This document shows, in pieces, positions 40,352-49,272 of a DNA stretch of 64,000 bases (its first letter is position 1; the number at the start of each line of letters is the position of its first letter). The notes below the pieces were generated by a model. The model was not told the origin of the DNA. It saw nothing but the letters and a program-made list of their open reading frames with translations, and did not search any database. Source of the DNA: an uncultured Alphaproteobacteria bacterium (GTDB lineage Bacteria; Pseudomonadota; Alphaproteobacteria; HIMB59; GCA-002718135); assembly GCA_902615845.1 (NCBI GenBank), contig CACMQS010000010.1, positions 682 to 64,681 of the forward strand, read 5' to 3'. Made by a program: the position numbers and the translations under genes.

Positions 40352-41562
40352 ACATTTTTTTCAAACTCATAAACTACTAAGCCATCTAAAGGTTTTGGAT
40401 CAAACCAAGTTGATTTAGGGGGCATAGTCAAATTTTTATTCGCGACTGTAATAACATCACTTATTGAAGATGGGAAGATAGAAAATGCCACACTGTCATT
40501 ATTTTCATCAACTTTTTTTTCTAAAGCTTCCAAACCATGACATCCGGCAATAAATCTTATTCTTTCATCATTATTAACATCAGATATATTTAAATGTTTT
40601 TTGAAAATGAAATTGTTTAAAATATTAATATCTAGTGTATCAACAAAATTATCAGTTTTTAATTCACTTTTAAAATACAATGAATACCACTTTTTTTCAT
40701 GATACATTCCAAATTGTTTATTTGTTTGAGGTTTAAATGGATTTTTTTCATTTTTTATTTCGAAGTTTTCAGAAAGAATGTCTAAAAACTTTTCTTCAGT
40801 CAAACCATTTAAATCTTTAACAACTCTATTATAATCAAATATTTTAGCCTCATCAGTTGGAAACGCCGCTATCATAAAATCTTCTTGTAAAATATTTTTA
40901 TTATAATTTAATTCACCAATAATTTTCATTGCACCCATTCTATGATGTCCATCTGCAATATAAAAATTATCTACTTCATTTAAAAAAACAGAAGATAAGT
41001 TTTCGATAAAAGATTGATCAGAAATACACCATAGTTTGTGAATAGATTTATCGAAACTTTCAAAATCATAGTCTGGAGTATTTGATATAATTGAGGATAA
41101 CAAATTTTTTATCTTATTATTTTTTTTATATACTACATAGATAGGACCGATTTGTGTTTTTATATTTAACATTTGCTCTGCTCTTTCTCTCATCCTTGAC
41201 TCGTATATTTTTTCATGCGCTTTAATTTTTTCTTCTTCAAAATCTGAGATTTTAGAAAGGGATAAAAATCCTAGTTGAGTATGGCCTTGAAATTCAATTT
41301 GATAAATATAATAAAATAATTCTTTATCTTTTTTAATTACATCATTTTCTTTCATTTCATTAAAATGCGATTTTGCTTCTAAAAGAGTATCTGCTTCTTT
41401 TAATTGTCCAACGGGATTCAAAATTTTTAAATAATTCCAATAATTATTTTTTTTAAATATTTCTATATTTTCAATACTTAAATGATCAGTTGAAGGAGCA
41501 ATTAAATTTTTTGCATCTTCATTGTAAGGACGTGTTCCTTTGAAAGGTTTAATTTCAACCAT
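40348..41562 (-). CDS. DUF1015 family protein (ParB/Srx-like core)
   Basis: MVEIKPFKG, HE, YIADGHHR, YNRVV and MPPKSTWFDPK motifs. Confidence 0.88.
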   Translation of the reverse strand: MVEIKPFKGTRPYNEDAKNLIAPSTDHLSIENIEIFKKNNYWNYLKILNPVGQLKEADTLLEAKSHFNEMKENDVIKKDKELFYYIYQIEFQGHTQLGFLSLSKISDFEEEKIKAHEKIYESRMRERAEQMLNIKTQIGPIYVVYKKNNKIKNLLSSIISNTPDYDFESFDKSIHKLWCISDQSFIENLSSVFLNEVDNFYIADGHHRMGAMKIIGELNYNKNILQEDFMIAAFPTDEAKIFDYNRVVKDLNGLTEEKFLDILSENFEIKNEKNPFKPQTNKQFGMYHEKKWYSLYFKSELKTDNFVDTLDINILNNFIFKKHLNISDVNNDERIRFIAGCHGLEALEKKVDENNDSVAFSIFPSSISDVITVANKNLTMPPKSTWFDPKPLDGLVVYEFEKNV

Positions 41563-41608
41563 AATAAAGAAACACCTTTAATTAAATAAAAAAAAATTTA
41601 AACTTAAA

Positions 41609-42973
41609 TTACGCTACTTCTGGTATTTGAGAAATAGATTTACCTATTCCATCATCATCAATAACATCATCAGCCATTGATCCATTTAGATAATCATCAT
41701 AAGCTGACATATCAAAATATCCATGACCACATAAATTAAAGAGAATAGTTTTTGACTCGCCTTTTTCTTTACATTCTAAAGCTGCATCAATAGCACCTTT
41801 GATTGCGTGATTTCCTTCTGGAGCAGGAATTATTCCTTCTTGTTTTGCAAAAGTTAAACCAGCTTCAAAACAATCTTTTTGACCGTAGGCCTTTGCTCTC
41901 ATCAGACCTAACTCATATAAGTGGCTTAAATGATAAGACATGCCATGGTATCTTAGTCCGCCAGAATGATTAGCAGGTGGTAAGAAATCAGATCCAAGAG
42001 TATGCATTTTAATTAATGGGGTCATTTTTGCCATATCACCATGATCATAAGCATACTTACCCTTAGTAAATGAAGGACATGATGCAGGCTCGCAACCAAT
42101 TATATCAATTTTTTGACCACCTCTTAACTGTTGTCCTAAAAATGGAAACATTAATCCAGAAAGATTACTGCCGCCACCTGTACAGCCAACAATTATATCA
42201 GGATAATCTCCAGCCATCTCCATTTGCATAATGGCTTCATTACCATTTATAGTTTGATGCATTAAAACATGACCTAAAACACTTCCAAGTGAGTATTTTG
42301 CTTTTCCTCCGCTTTTAACAGTTGCTTCTATTGCTTCTGATATAGCTATTCCCAAACTACCAGGGTTATCAGGATTTTCTGATAATAACTTGTTACCGAA
42401 ATCAGTTAAATTAGATGGGCTAGCGTGACAGTTAGCGCCGAATGATTGCATCATTAATTTTCTGTAAGGTTTATGATCAAAACTAACCTTAACCATGAAA
42501 ACTTCTATATCTATACCAAAGATCTGACCTGCAAAAGCTAATGAACTTCCCCACTGACCTGCGCCCGTTTCAGTAAATATTTTACTAATTCCTTCTTCTT
42601 TATTAAAAAATGCTTGTGGGACTGCAGTATTTGGTTTGTGACTTCCTGTAGGACTAACACCTTCATATTTGTAATAAATTTTAGCTGGTGTATCTAAAAA
42701 CTTTTCTAATCTTCTTGCTCTAAATAAAGGAGAAGGTCGCCATTGTTTGTATACTTCTCTTACTGGCTCAGGAATTTCTATTTCTCTTTCAGTAGAAACT
42801 TCTTGCATAATTAAACTCATTGGAAATAAAGGAGCAAAGTCATCAGGACCAGCTGGTTGTTTAGTTCCAGGATGTAATGGTGGTGGTGGTGGACTTGGTA
42901 AGTCTGCATTAATATTATACCAAAACTTTGGTGCTTTATTTTCTTCAAGTAAGTATTTAATTGAGTCGCTCAT
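41609..42973 (-). CDS. trpB2: Tryptophan synthase beta-like protein, TrpB2 type (stand-alone)
   Basis: WYNINADLP..PPPPLHP N-extension, GSHKPNTA, TETGAGQWG, GGGSN and GGLRYHG motifs. No trpA adjacent. Confidence 0.93.
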   Translation of the reverse strand: MSDSIKYLLEENKAPKFWYNINADLPSPPPPPLHPGTKQPAGPDDFAPLFPMSLIMQEVSTEREIEIPEPVREVYKQWRPSPLFRARRLEKFLDTPAKIYYKYEGVSPTGSHKPNTAVPQAFFNKEEGISKIFTETGAGQWGSSLAFAGQIFGIDIEVFMVKVSFDHKPYRKLMMQSFGANCHASPSNLTDFGNKLLSENPDNPGSLGIAISEAIEATVKSGGKAKYSLGSVLGHVLMHQTINGNEAIMQMEMAGDYPDIIVGCTGGGSNLSGLMFPFLGQQLRGGQKIDIIGCEPASCPSFTKGKYAYDHGDMAKMTPLIKMHTLGSDFLPPANHSGGLRYHGMSYHLSHLYELGLMRAKAYGQKDCFEAGLTFAKQEGIIPAPEGNHAIKGAIDAALECKEKGESKTILFNLCGHGYFDMSAYDDYLNGSMADDVIDDDGIGKSISQIPEVA

Positions 42974-43071
42974 AATAAAAGTATATTGGACTATAAAAAA
43001 TTAAATTTCAACCATAAATGAAATACTTTAACTTCAAAAATGTGTCTATTTTTATTGCTGTTTTATTAGTA

Positions 43072-43989
43072 TTATATGTTTTTTACGGATATTTTACTCA
43101 TTGATTTTTTTTGCCCAACAAACAGACCAATAAAAACTAGAATAATTCCGACTACAGAACTAAATACTATTTTTTCAGAAAGAAATATGAATCCCCATAT
43201 TAATGCAAAAACAGGAATTAAATAGGCAACATAAGACAAGAAAACCGGACCAGATTGTTTAACTATATGATAGCGCATATGAAATGCAATAGCTGTTGGA
43301 AAAACACCTAAATAAATAATAGAAATTAAAGATATCATATTAATATTATTCTCATAATTAATAAAATCATAGAATAAAAAAGGTAATGATATTATCGCTC
43401 CAAATAATGTAGCAAAAGTAGTAATCGAAATAGGGCTTAATTTCTTCAATTTATTATAAGCAGCAATATTTGAAATCATATAGCCAAATGCAGCTATAAT
43501 CACAAAAATTTTTGCTAAAGTACTAATGTAGTTTTCATCTTGAAAATTAAATTTAATTATATCTAAAATAAAAATAATACCTATAAAACCTATAATAATT
43601 GATAAAAATTTAACCCAAGTAAACTTATCGTCTGAAGTTAAAACATGAGACATTAGTAATGTTATTAAGGGACCAACCGACATTAATAACCCTGCAGTAG
43701 AAGAAGGAATGTATTGTTCAGCCCAACTAATTAGATAGAATGGTAAAAAATTTCCAGTAATGCCAATAAAAGAAAGAATTAAAACTAAATCGAGATTTAA
43801 TTTAGGATGATTGTTAAATGAATAATATAAAATAATTAAGAAAATTGATGCTATAATTAATCTTAAGGAAGCAATACTTGTAGGTGTAAAACTAGACAGA
43901 CAAATTTTAATAACAAAAAAAGAAGATCCCCAAATTGCAGCTAAAATTATAAGAAGTATTAAATTATTTGATAATAATTTATTAAACAA
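43072..43989 (-). CDS. DMT/EamA family transporter
   Basis: WGSSF, PFYLISWAEQYI and FLSEK motifs. TTG start. Confidence 0.88.
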   Translation of the reverse strand: MFNKLLSNNLILLIILAAIWGSSFFVIKICLSSFTPTSIASLRLIIASIFLIILYYSFNNHPKLNLDLVLILSFIGITGNFLPFYLISWAEQYIPSSTAGLLMSVGPLITLLMSHVLTSDDKFTWVKFLSIIIGFIGIIFILDIIKFNFQDENYISTLAKIFVIIAAFGYMISNIAAYNKLKKLSPISITTFATLFGAIISLPFLFYDFINYENNINMISLISIIYLGVFPTAIAFHMRYHIVKQSGPVFLSYVAYLIPVFALIWGFIFLSEKIVFSSVVGIILVFIGLFVGQKKSMSKISVKNI

Positions 43990-43992
43990 AAA

Positions 43993-44292
43993 TTAGATTT
44001 TATTTTTTGGTTGTGGAATTTCAATATTTTCAGAAGGTTTCATAAATTCATCTCTTCTTCCATCCCAAAGATAATCTGCGTAATCAAATTCAGTAATCAT
44101 TCTATCAGATCGTTCAAATGTTAAACCGTATTTCCTACAATAACTGGCAAATTCTTCTGCATTATCTATTGGTAAATTTTCTACAGTCCATTTTCTAGTA
44201 CTTCTATCGAATTTGAAACCATTTTTTTTGAACCAATCTCTATGATAATATGAATCTCTACCAAAAGCTGAAAAAGTTATTTTCTTCGTCAT
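43993..44292 (-). CDS. Hypothetical protein, 99 aa, aromatic/charged
   Basis: Fills the gap directly upstream of the DMT gene; natural-looking composition; family not recognised. Confidence 0.7.
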   Translation of the reverse strand: MTKKITFSAFGRDSYYHRDWFKKNGFKFDRSTRKWTVENLPIDNAEEFASYCRKYGLTFERSDRMITEFDYADYLWDGRRDEFMKPSENIEIPQPKNKI

Positions 44293-44401
44293 AATGATAT
44301 GCGCTCTTACATGAAAAACTTAGAAATAACAAATTTAATTTTTAAAATTAATTTTATTTAAAATAGTAGAAATCTATTAGTATTTATAATAAGATAATCT
44401 A

Positions 44402-44734
44402 ATGGATCTTTACAGTAGCAGTGAAATTACAGTTCATCAATTAAATGAACTCAAGCAAGATGATAAAAAAATTCAAATTATAGATGTAAGAGAAGATACT
44501 GAGAGAGATCATGCCCATATTAAAGGTACAATACACATGAAGCTTTCAGAGATTGCTAAAAGATACACCGAATTAGATAAGAAAAAAAATATTTTTGTAA
44601 TGTGTCATACCGGAACAAGAAGCCAAGCTGTATGTAAATGGCTTAAAGCACAAGGTTATAATCATTGTGTTAATGTACTTGGCGGAATAGACGCGTGGGC
44701 TGCTTTAATTGACAGAAATATTAGAAGATATTAA
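44402..44734 (+). CDS. Single-domain rhodanese/sulfurtransferase
   Basis: IIDVRE, active-site CHTGTRS, GGIDAW. Confidence 0.9.
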   Translation: MDLYSSSEITVHQLNELKQDDKKIQIIDVREDTERDHAHIKGTIHMKLSEIAKRYTELDKKKNIFVMCHTGTRSQAVCKWLKAQGYNHCVNVLGGIDAWAALIDRNIRRY

Positions 44735-44919
44735 GAAATACTCTCTAAGTACAAACCTAGAAAAATAATAATTACACCAACTAAAAACATTATTATCCTG
44801 AACAGGATTTCAATAAAAAGATTAAATCTTATTCGTTTTTTAATAATTAGTTTGTATAGAGGATTACTAATTGATAAAGAAATTAATAGTATCCCAATAA
44901 TAATAACTAACCAATGCAT
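44731..44919 (-). CDS. Small two-TM membrane protein
   Basis: Two hydrophobic helices with a basic linker; exactly fills the gap. Confidence 0.6.
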   Translation of the reverse strand: MHWLVIIIGILLISLSISNPLYKLIIKKRIRFNLFIEILFRIIMFLVGVIIIFLGLYLESIS

Positions 44920-45591
44920 AAAGTTAAAAAATACATAGCTGAAGATTTAAAATTTTCAAACCAAACTATCAAAGAAATGAAGATTAATTCAAAAAAATTT
45001 TATAATAAAATTAAAGAAAGAAGAAGCATACGTGAATTTTCAAAAGATAAAATCGATATAAATATTATAAAAAATGCGATCTTATCGGCGGGATCAGCTC
45101 CAAGTGGAGCAAATCTTCAACCTTGGCATTTTGTAGTAATAAAAAATAAAAACGTAAAAAAGAAGATTAGAATAGAAGCAGAAAAAGAAGAAGAAAATTT
45201 TTATAAGTACAAAGCTCCTAAAGAATGGTTGGATGCATTAACTCCTTTAGGAACTGATGAAAATAAAAAATTTATTGAAAATGCACCTTATTTAATAGCT
45301 ATATTTGAGAAAAAATTTTCAGTTTCAAAAAATAAGAAAATAAAAAATTATTATGTAAAAGAGTCTGTAGGTATAGCTACTGGTATATTAATTACTTGTT
45401 TACATTTTTCTGGCTTAGTAATGTTAACACACACACCAAGCCCAATGACATTTCTTAATAAAATTTTGAAAAGACCTAGTAATGAAAAACCATTTGTTTT
45501 ACTTATTGTTGGACGACCAGATAAAGATGTTAAAGTTCCAAAGTTTGCAAAACAAAAGAAAAAGTTTGAGGAAATTACTTCAATTTTTTAA
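44914..45591 (+). CDS. Nitroreductase-fold iodotyrosine deiodinase (IYD)-like flavoprotein
   Basis: RRSIREF, APSGANLQPW, lid EEENFY...W..AL.PLGT...K...ENAPYLI, YYVKESVGIA and THTP motifs. Confidence 0.85.
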   Translation: MHKVKKYIAEDLKFSNQTIKEMKINSKKFYNKIKERRSIREFSKDKIDINIIKNAILSAGSAPSGANLQPWHFVVIKNKNVKKKIRIEAEKEEENFYKYKAPKEWLDALTPLGTDENKKFIENAPYLIAIFEKKFSVSKNKKIKNYYVKESVGIATGILITCLHFSGLVMLTHTPSPMTFLNKILKRPSNEKPFVLLIVGRPDKDVKVPKFAKQKKKFEEITSIF

Positions 45592-46091
45592 CCAAGTTCT
45601 TCTGGTTTCATAGTTTCATAAACCTCATAAGGCATATGGATCCAAGGAGAATCTTCTAAATAATCAACATAATAATTTGGTTTAAATGAAGATACTGACT
45701 TATAAAACAAAACTCCAGTTCTTATTGGTTCATCTATATAAAAACCATAAGTATGATTTAACCAATCAATACTTTTTTTAAGAGTAATTCCTGAGTCTGC
45801 TAAATCATCTACTATTAAAACTTTTGATCCAATGTTAGGGCTTGTTTTTGCTAAATCTCTTGAAAATGTGATTGCACCCCTTTTATTTTTTACTCCCTCA
45901 CCTTTATATGACTCAACAGAAAGAATTGCTAAAGGAACATCAAATATTCTTGCCATTACATCCCCTACTCTCATACCTCCTTTTGCGATGCATACAACCT
46001 GATTAAATTGCCATCCATCCTTATGAATTTGTTTTGCTAAATCTTCTGTTTTACTTCTATATTCGTCCCAACTAATGTGTAAATCAGACAT
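45588..46091 (-). CDS. Purine phosphoribosyltransferase (Gpt/Hpt-like)
   Basis: ISWDE, IAKGG, PRPP loop LIVDDLADSGIT, WIHMPYE. Confidence 0.85.
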   Translation of the reverse strand: MSDLHISWDEYRSKTEDLAKQIHKDGWQFNQVVCIAKGGMRVGDVMARIFDVPLAILSVESYKGEGVKNKRGAITFSRDLAKTSPNIGSKVLIVDDLADSGITLKKSIDWLNHTYGFYIDEPIRTGVLFYKSVSSFKPNYYVDYLEDSPWIHMPYEVYETMKPEELG

Positions 46092-46116
46092 AAATCTTCC
46101 TTTGAAATTAAGAATT

Positions 46117-46146
46117 AAACCTCTCCCTTTAAAAGAGAGAGGGTTA
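46117..46146 (-). terminator. Intrinsic terminator downstream of the BMP substrate-binding gene
   Basis: Minus-strand RNA reads CCUCUCUC-UUUUAAA-GGGAGAGG followed by UUUAAUUCUU. Confidence 0.75.
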
Positions 46147-46158
46147 TAAGAATTTTAA

Positions 46159-47226
46159 TTATTGTGGTACTTCGCCGTCAATACCTTGAACATAAAAGTT
46201 CATTCCAAGTAACATTCCATCAGGCGCTACTTCACCTTCAGGAACCACAAGCTCACCAGCTTGATTGTAAATTGGACCAGTGAAAGGATGGATAGTTCCA
46301 TCTTTAATTCCAACTTCCATATTTACTGCTTCTTGAATTAAACTTGCTGGCATAAGTTTAGTATTATATGGTGACATTACAACCATACCTTTATCCATAC
46401 CATCCCAAGTATCACCAGAAGACCAAGTGCCGTCCACAACAGCTTTTGCTCTTTCAGCATAGTAAGGACCCCAAATATCTTCAATTGAAGTTAAATGTGC
46501 ATCAGGACAAAATTCTTCTTGGTTTGAAGCTTGACCAAATGCATAAACACCGGCTTTTTGAGCAGCTTGGCAAGGAGCATATGTATCGGTATGCTGAACA
46601 ATTATGTCAGCTCCTTGATTAATTAATGTATTAGCTGCATCAGCTTCTTTACCTGGGTCGTACCAAGTAAATACCCAAATAATTTTCATTTTGATATCTG
46701 GATTTACTTTTGAAGCTGCTAAATAAAATGCATTAATTCCTCTTACAACTTCAGGAATAGGGAATGAAGCTATATAACCAATAGTATTAGTTTCAGTCAT
46801 ATGACCGGCAATATGCCCTTCAATCATTCTACCTTCGTAAAATCTAGCTGAATACGTAGCAACGTTATCTGCTTGGATATACCCAGTAGCATGTTCAAAT
46901 TTTATATCAGGAAAATCCTTAGCTACTTCATGTGTCTGATCCATATAGTTGAAAGACGTTGTAAATATTAAATCATGTCCTGAGTCTGCTAGTTTTCGGA
47001 TTGCTCTCACAGCATCTGCGTTTTCAGGAATATTTTCAAGATAAGTAGTAGTAATAGAGTCACCAAGTTGGCTCTCCATATATTTTCTACCTACATCATG
47101 CATATATGTCCAACCATGATCACCTGGAGGACCTATGTATATAAATCCAACTTTTTTAGGGTCTGCATATGCTGAACCAAATGCAAATACCAAAAAAGTA
47201 GATAAAAAAGTTATTATTCTAATCAT
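46159..47226 (-). CDS. BMP-family ABC substrate-binding protein (purine/nucleoside)
   Basis: GFIYIGPPGDHGWTYMH, FPIPEVVRGINAF, TWYDP and QHTD motifs. Strong GGTGAGG RBS. Confidence 0.92.
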   Translation of the reverse strand: MIRIITFLSTFLVFAFGSAYADPKKVGFIYIGPPGDHGWTYMHDVGRKYMESQLGDSITTTYLENIPENADAVRAIRKLADSGHDLIFTTSFNYMDQTHEVAKDFPDIKFEHATGYIQADNVATYSARFYEGRMIEGHIAGHMTETNTIGYIASFPIPEVVRGINAFYLAASKVNPDIKMKIIWVFTWYDPGKEADAANTLINQGADIIVQHTDTYAPCQAAQKAGVYAFGQASNQEEFCPDAHLTSIEDIWGPYYAERAKAVVDGTWSSGDTWDGMDKGMVVMSPYNTKLMPASLIQEAVNMEVGIKDGTIHPFTGPIYNQAGELVVPEGEVAPDGMLLGMNFYVQGIDGEVPQ

Positions 47227-47332
47227 TTTAACCTCACCTGCTAATATAACGATTACTCAAATATATACTTAATATATACAAATAGGTTTGATCAATAAAT
47301 CTATATGATTATAGAAAAAAAGAAGTGGATAT

Positions 47333-48202
47333 TTATCTGCCTTTATAAAAAGGAATAGTTAATGAAGCTGGTGCACTAAGTTTTATTCTTAATTTATTAC
47401 TAGAAATTAACACTAAAACTATAATAGTTGCAACATATGGAGCCATACTGAAAAATTGACCAGGAAATCTTAAACCTAAAGCCTGAAGATTCATTTGAAG
47501 AATAGTAACACCCCCAAATATATAAGCTCCAATAAGTACTCTTTCTGGTTTCCAAGTTGCAAATACAACTAATGCTAACGCTATCCATCCACGTCCAGCT
47601 GTCATACCTTCTTGCCACATTGGAGCATAACAAATTGAAATATATGATCCTGCAAGAGCACACATAGAACCTCCAAATAAAATTGATAAAAATCTAATTT
47701 TAATAACGCTATATCCTAGAGCATGTGCAGAATTATGGGATTCCCCTACTGCTCTTAAAATCAAACCAGCTTTAGTTTTATAAAAAAAATAACTAACCAA
47801 AAAAACAATTAAGAAAGAAAATATAACAAAAAACCATGGTGACAGACCATCGATTGGTGTTCCAATATATTGTTTGCCAAGCATCGAACTAAGACCTATT
47901 CCAAAAATAGTTAATGCTAATCCTGTAGCAATTTGATTTGACATTAAAAATAGAACAAGAAAAGCAAATAAACCAGACATGATAATTCCAGATAATATAG
48001 ATACAAAAAAAGCTAAAAAATAACTTCCGGTAATTACTAAGATAATAAAAGCGGACACTGCTCCTACCAACATCATTCCTTCTACACCTAAATTTAATAC
48101 TCCAGATTTTTCTGTAACTAACTCACCTATACCAGCAAAAACTAGAGGTGTTGTTGCAATTAAAACAATTTGTAATATTCCAAGTATTAAATCTAAATTC
48201 AT
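47333..48202 (-). CDS. Nucleoside/purine ABC transporter permease
   Basis: EKSGVLNLGVEG, LRAVGE and GRGWIALA motifs. Confidence 0.92.
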   Translation of the reverse strand: MNLDLILGILQIVLIATTPLVFAGIGELVTEKSGVLNLGVEGMMLVGAVSAFIILVITGSYFLAFFVSILSGIIMSGLFAFLVLFLMSNQIATGLALTIFGIGLSSMLGKQYIGTPIDGLSPWFFVIFSFLIVFLVSYFFYKTKAGLILRAVGESHNSAHALGYSVIKIRFLSILFGGSMCALAGSYISICYAPMWQEGMTAGRGWIALALVVFATWKPERVLIGAYIFGGVTILQMNLQALGLRFPGQFFSMAPYVATIIVLVLISSNKLRIKLSAPASLTIPFYKGR

Positions 48203-49272
48203 AATAATTTTTTGTAAGTTAATTTATAGTTAATTAGTAATTCCGCACCTAATAAATAAAATAAAACCAAACCCTGAAATATAAAACCTACCGCTGAAGG
48301 TATTTGTAAAAACAATTGTGCATCTTCAGCACCAAGATAAGTAAGAGCGATAACTAAAGAAGCAAAAATAATACCAATTGGGTGAAGTCTACCTAAAAAA
48401 GCAACAATAATTGCAGTAAATCCATAATTTGGAGAAATATCTCTATATAATAATCCAATTGGGCCAGATACTTCAGCTAAACCTGCAATACCTGCAAAAG
48501 CGCCACAAATTGCAAAAGCAAAAAAAACTAAAGTTGTTTGATTAAAACCAGCATATCTAGCAGCTTTGGGGCTGTAACCGGATACTTTTAATTGAAAGCC
48601 AAAAATAGTTTTTGAAAATATAAACCAAGAAACAAAAATTAAAAATAGCGTTATAATTAGTCCAAAGTGCACTCTAAAACCATCAAATAATAGAGGCATT
48701 CTTCCAGATTCACTAAATGGTCTTGATTTAGGAAAACTATAACCAAATGGATCTTTCCAAGGTCCCACTACTAAATAATCTAAAATAAATAAAGCAACAT
48801 AAACTAACATTAAACTTGTTAAAATTTCATTTGTGTTAAATTTTGTTTTTAAAATAGCAGGTATTAAACCCCACAATGCTCCTCCAATTGCTCCTGCAAA
48901 AATCATTAATGGCAACAACCAGAAAGCATTTGTATCATGAAATAATATTCCAATACCTCCACCAAAAATTGCACCCATGGTAAGTTGTCCTTCAGCTCCA
49001 ATATTATAAATATTATTCTTAAAACAATATGAGAGACCAATTGCAATTAAGGCTAAAGGAGTTGCTTTTACAAACAATTCAGAAATACCGTATGTTGAAG
49101 AAATAGGTGAAATAAAAAATGTATACAATGCATAAACTGGATCAAAACCAAGGAGAACAAAAATAATTGAACCTGTAATTAAAGTTAAAACTATTGATAT
49201 TATAGGAACAAAAAAATTCATTAAACCCGAACTCTGTGAGCGAGAAACTATTGATGGAAAAAAACTATTCAT
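48199..49272 (-). CDS. Nucleoside/purine ABC transporter permease
   Basis: NIGAEGQ, NEILTSLML and GFTAIIVAFLGRLHP motifs. Confidence 0.92.
   Translation of the reverse strand: MNSFFPSIVSRSQSSGLMNFFVPIISIVLTLITGSIIFVLLGFDPVYALYTFFISPISSTYGISELFVKATPLALIAIGLSYCFKNNIYNIGAEGQLTMGAIFGGGIGILFHDTNAFWLLPLMIFAGAIGGALWGLIPAILKTKFNTNEILTSLMLVYVALFILDYLVVGPWKDPFGYSFPKSRPFSESGRMPLLFDGFRVHFGLIITLFLIFVSWFIFSKTIFGFQLKVSGYSPKAARYAGFNQTTLVFFAFAICGAFAGIAGLAEVSGPIGLLYRDISPNYGFTAIIVAFLGRLHPIGIIFASLVIALTYLGAEDAQLFLQIPSAVGFIFQGLVLFYLLGAELLINYKLTYKKLL

Noticed and set aside
42878-42893. TGG triplet repeat
   Set aside because: Encodes the poly-proline stretch normal for TrpB2 N-termini; not a contingency repeat.
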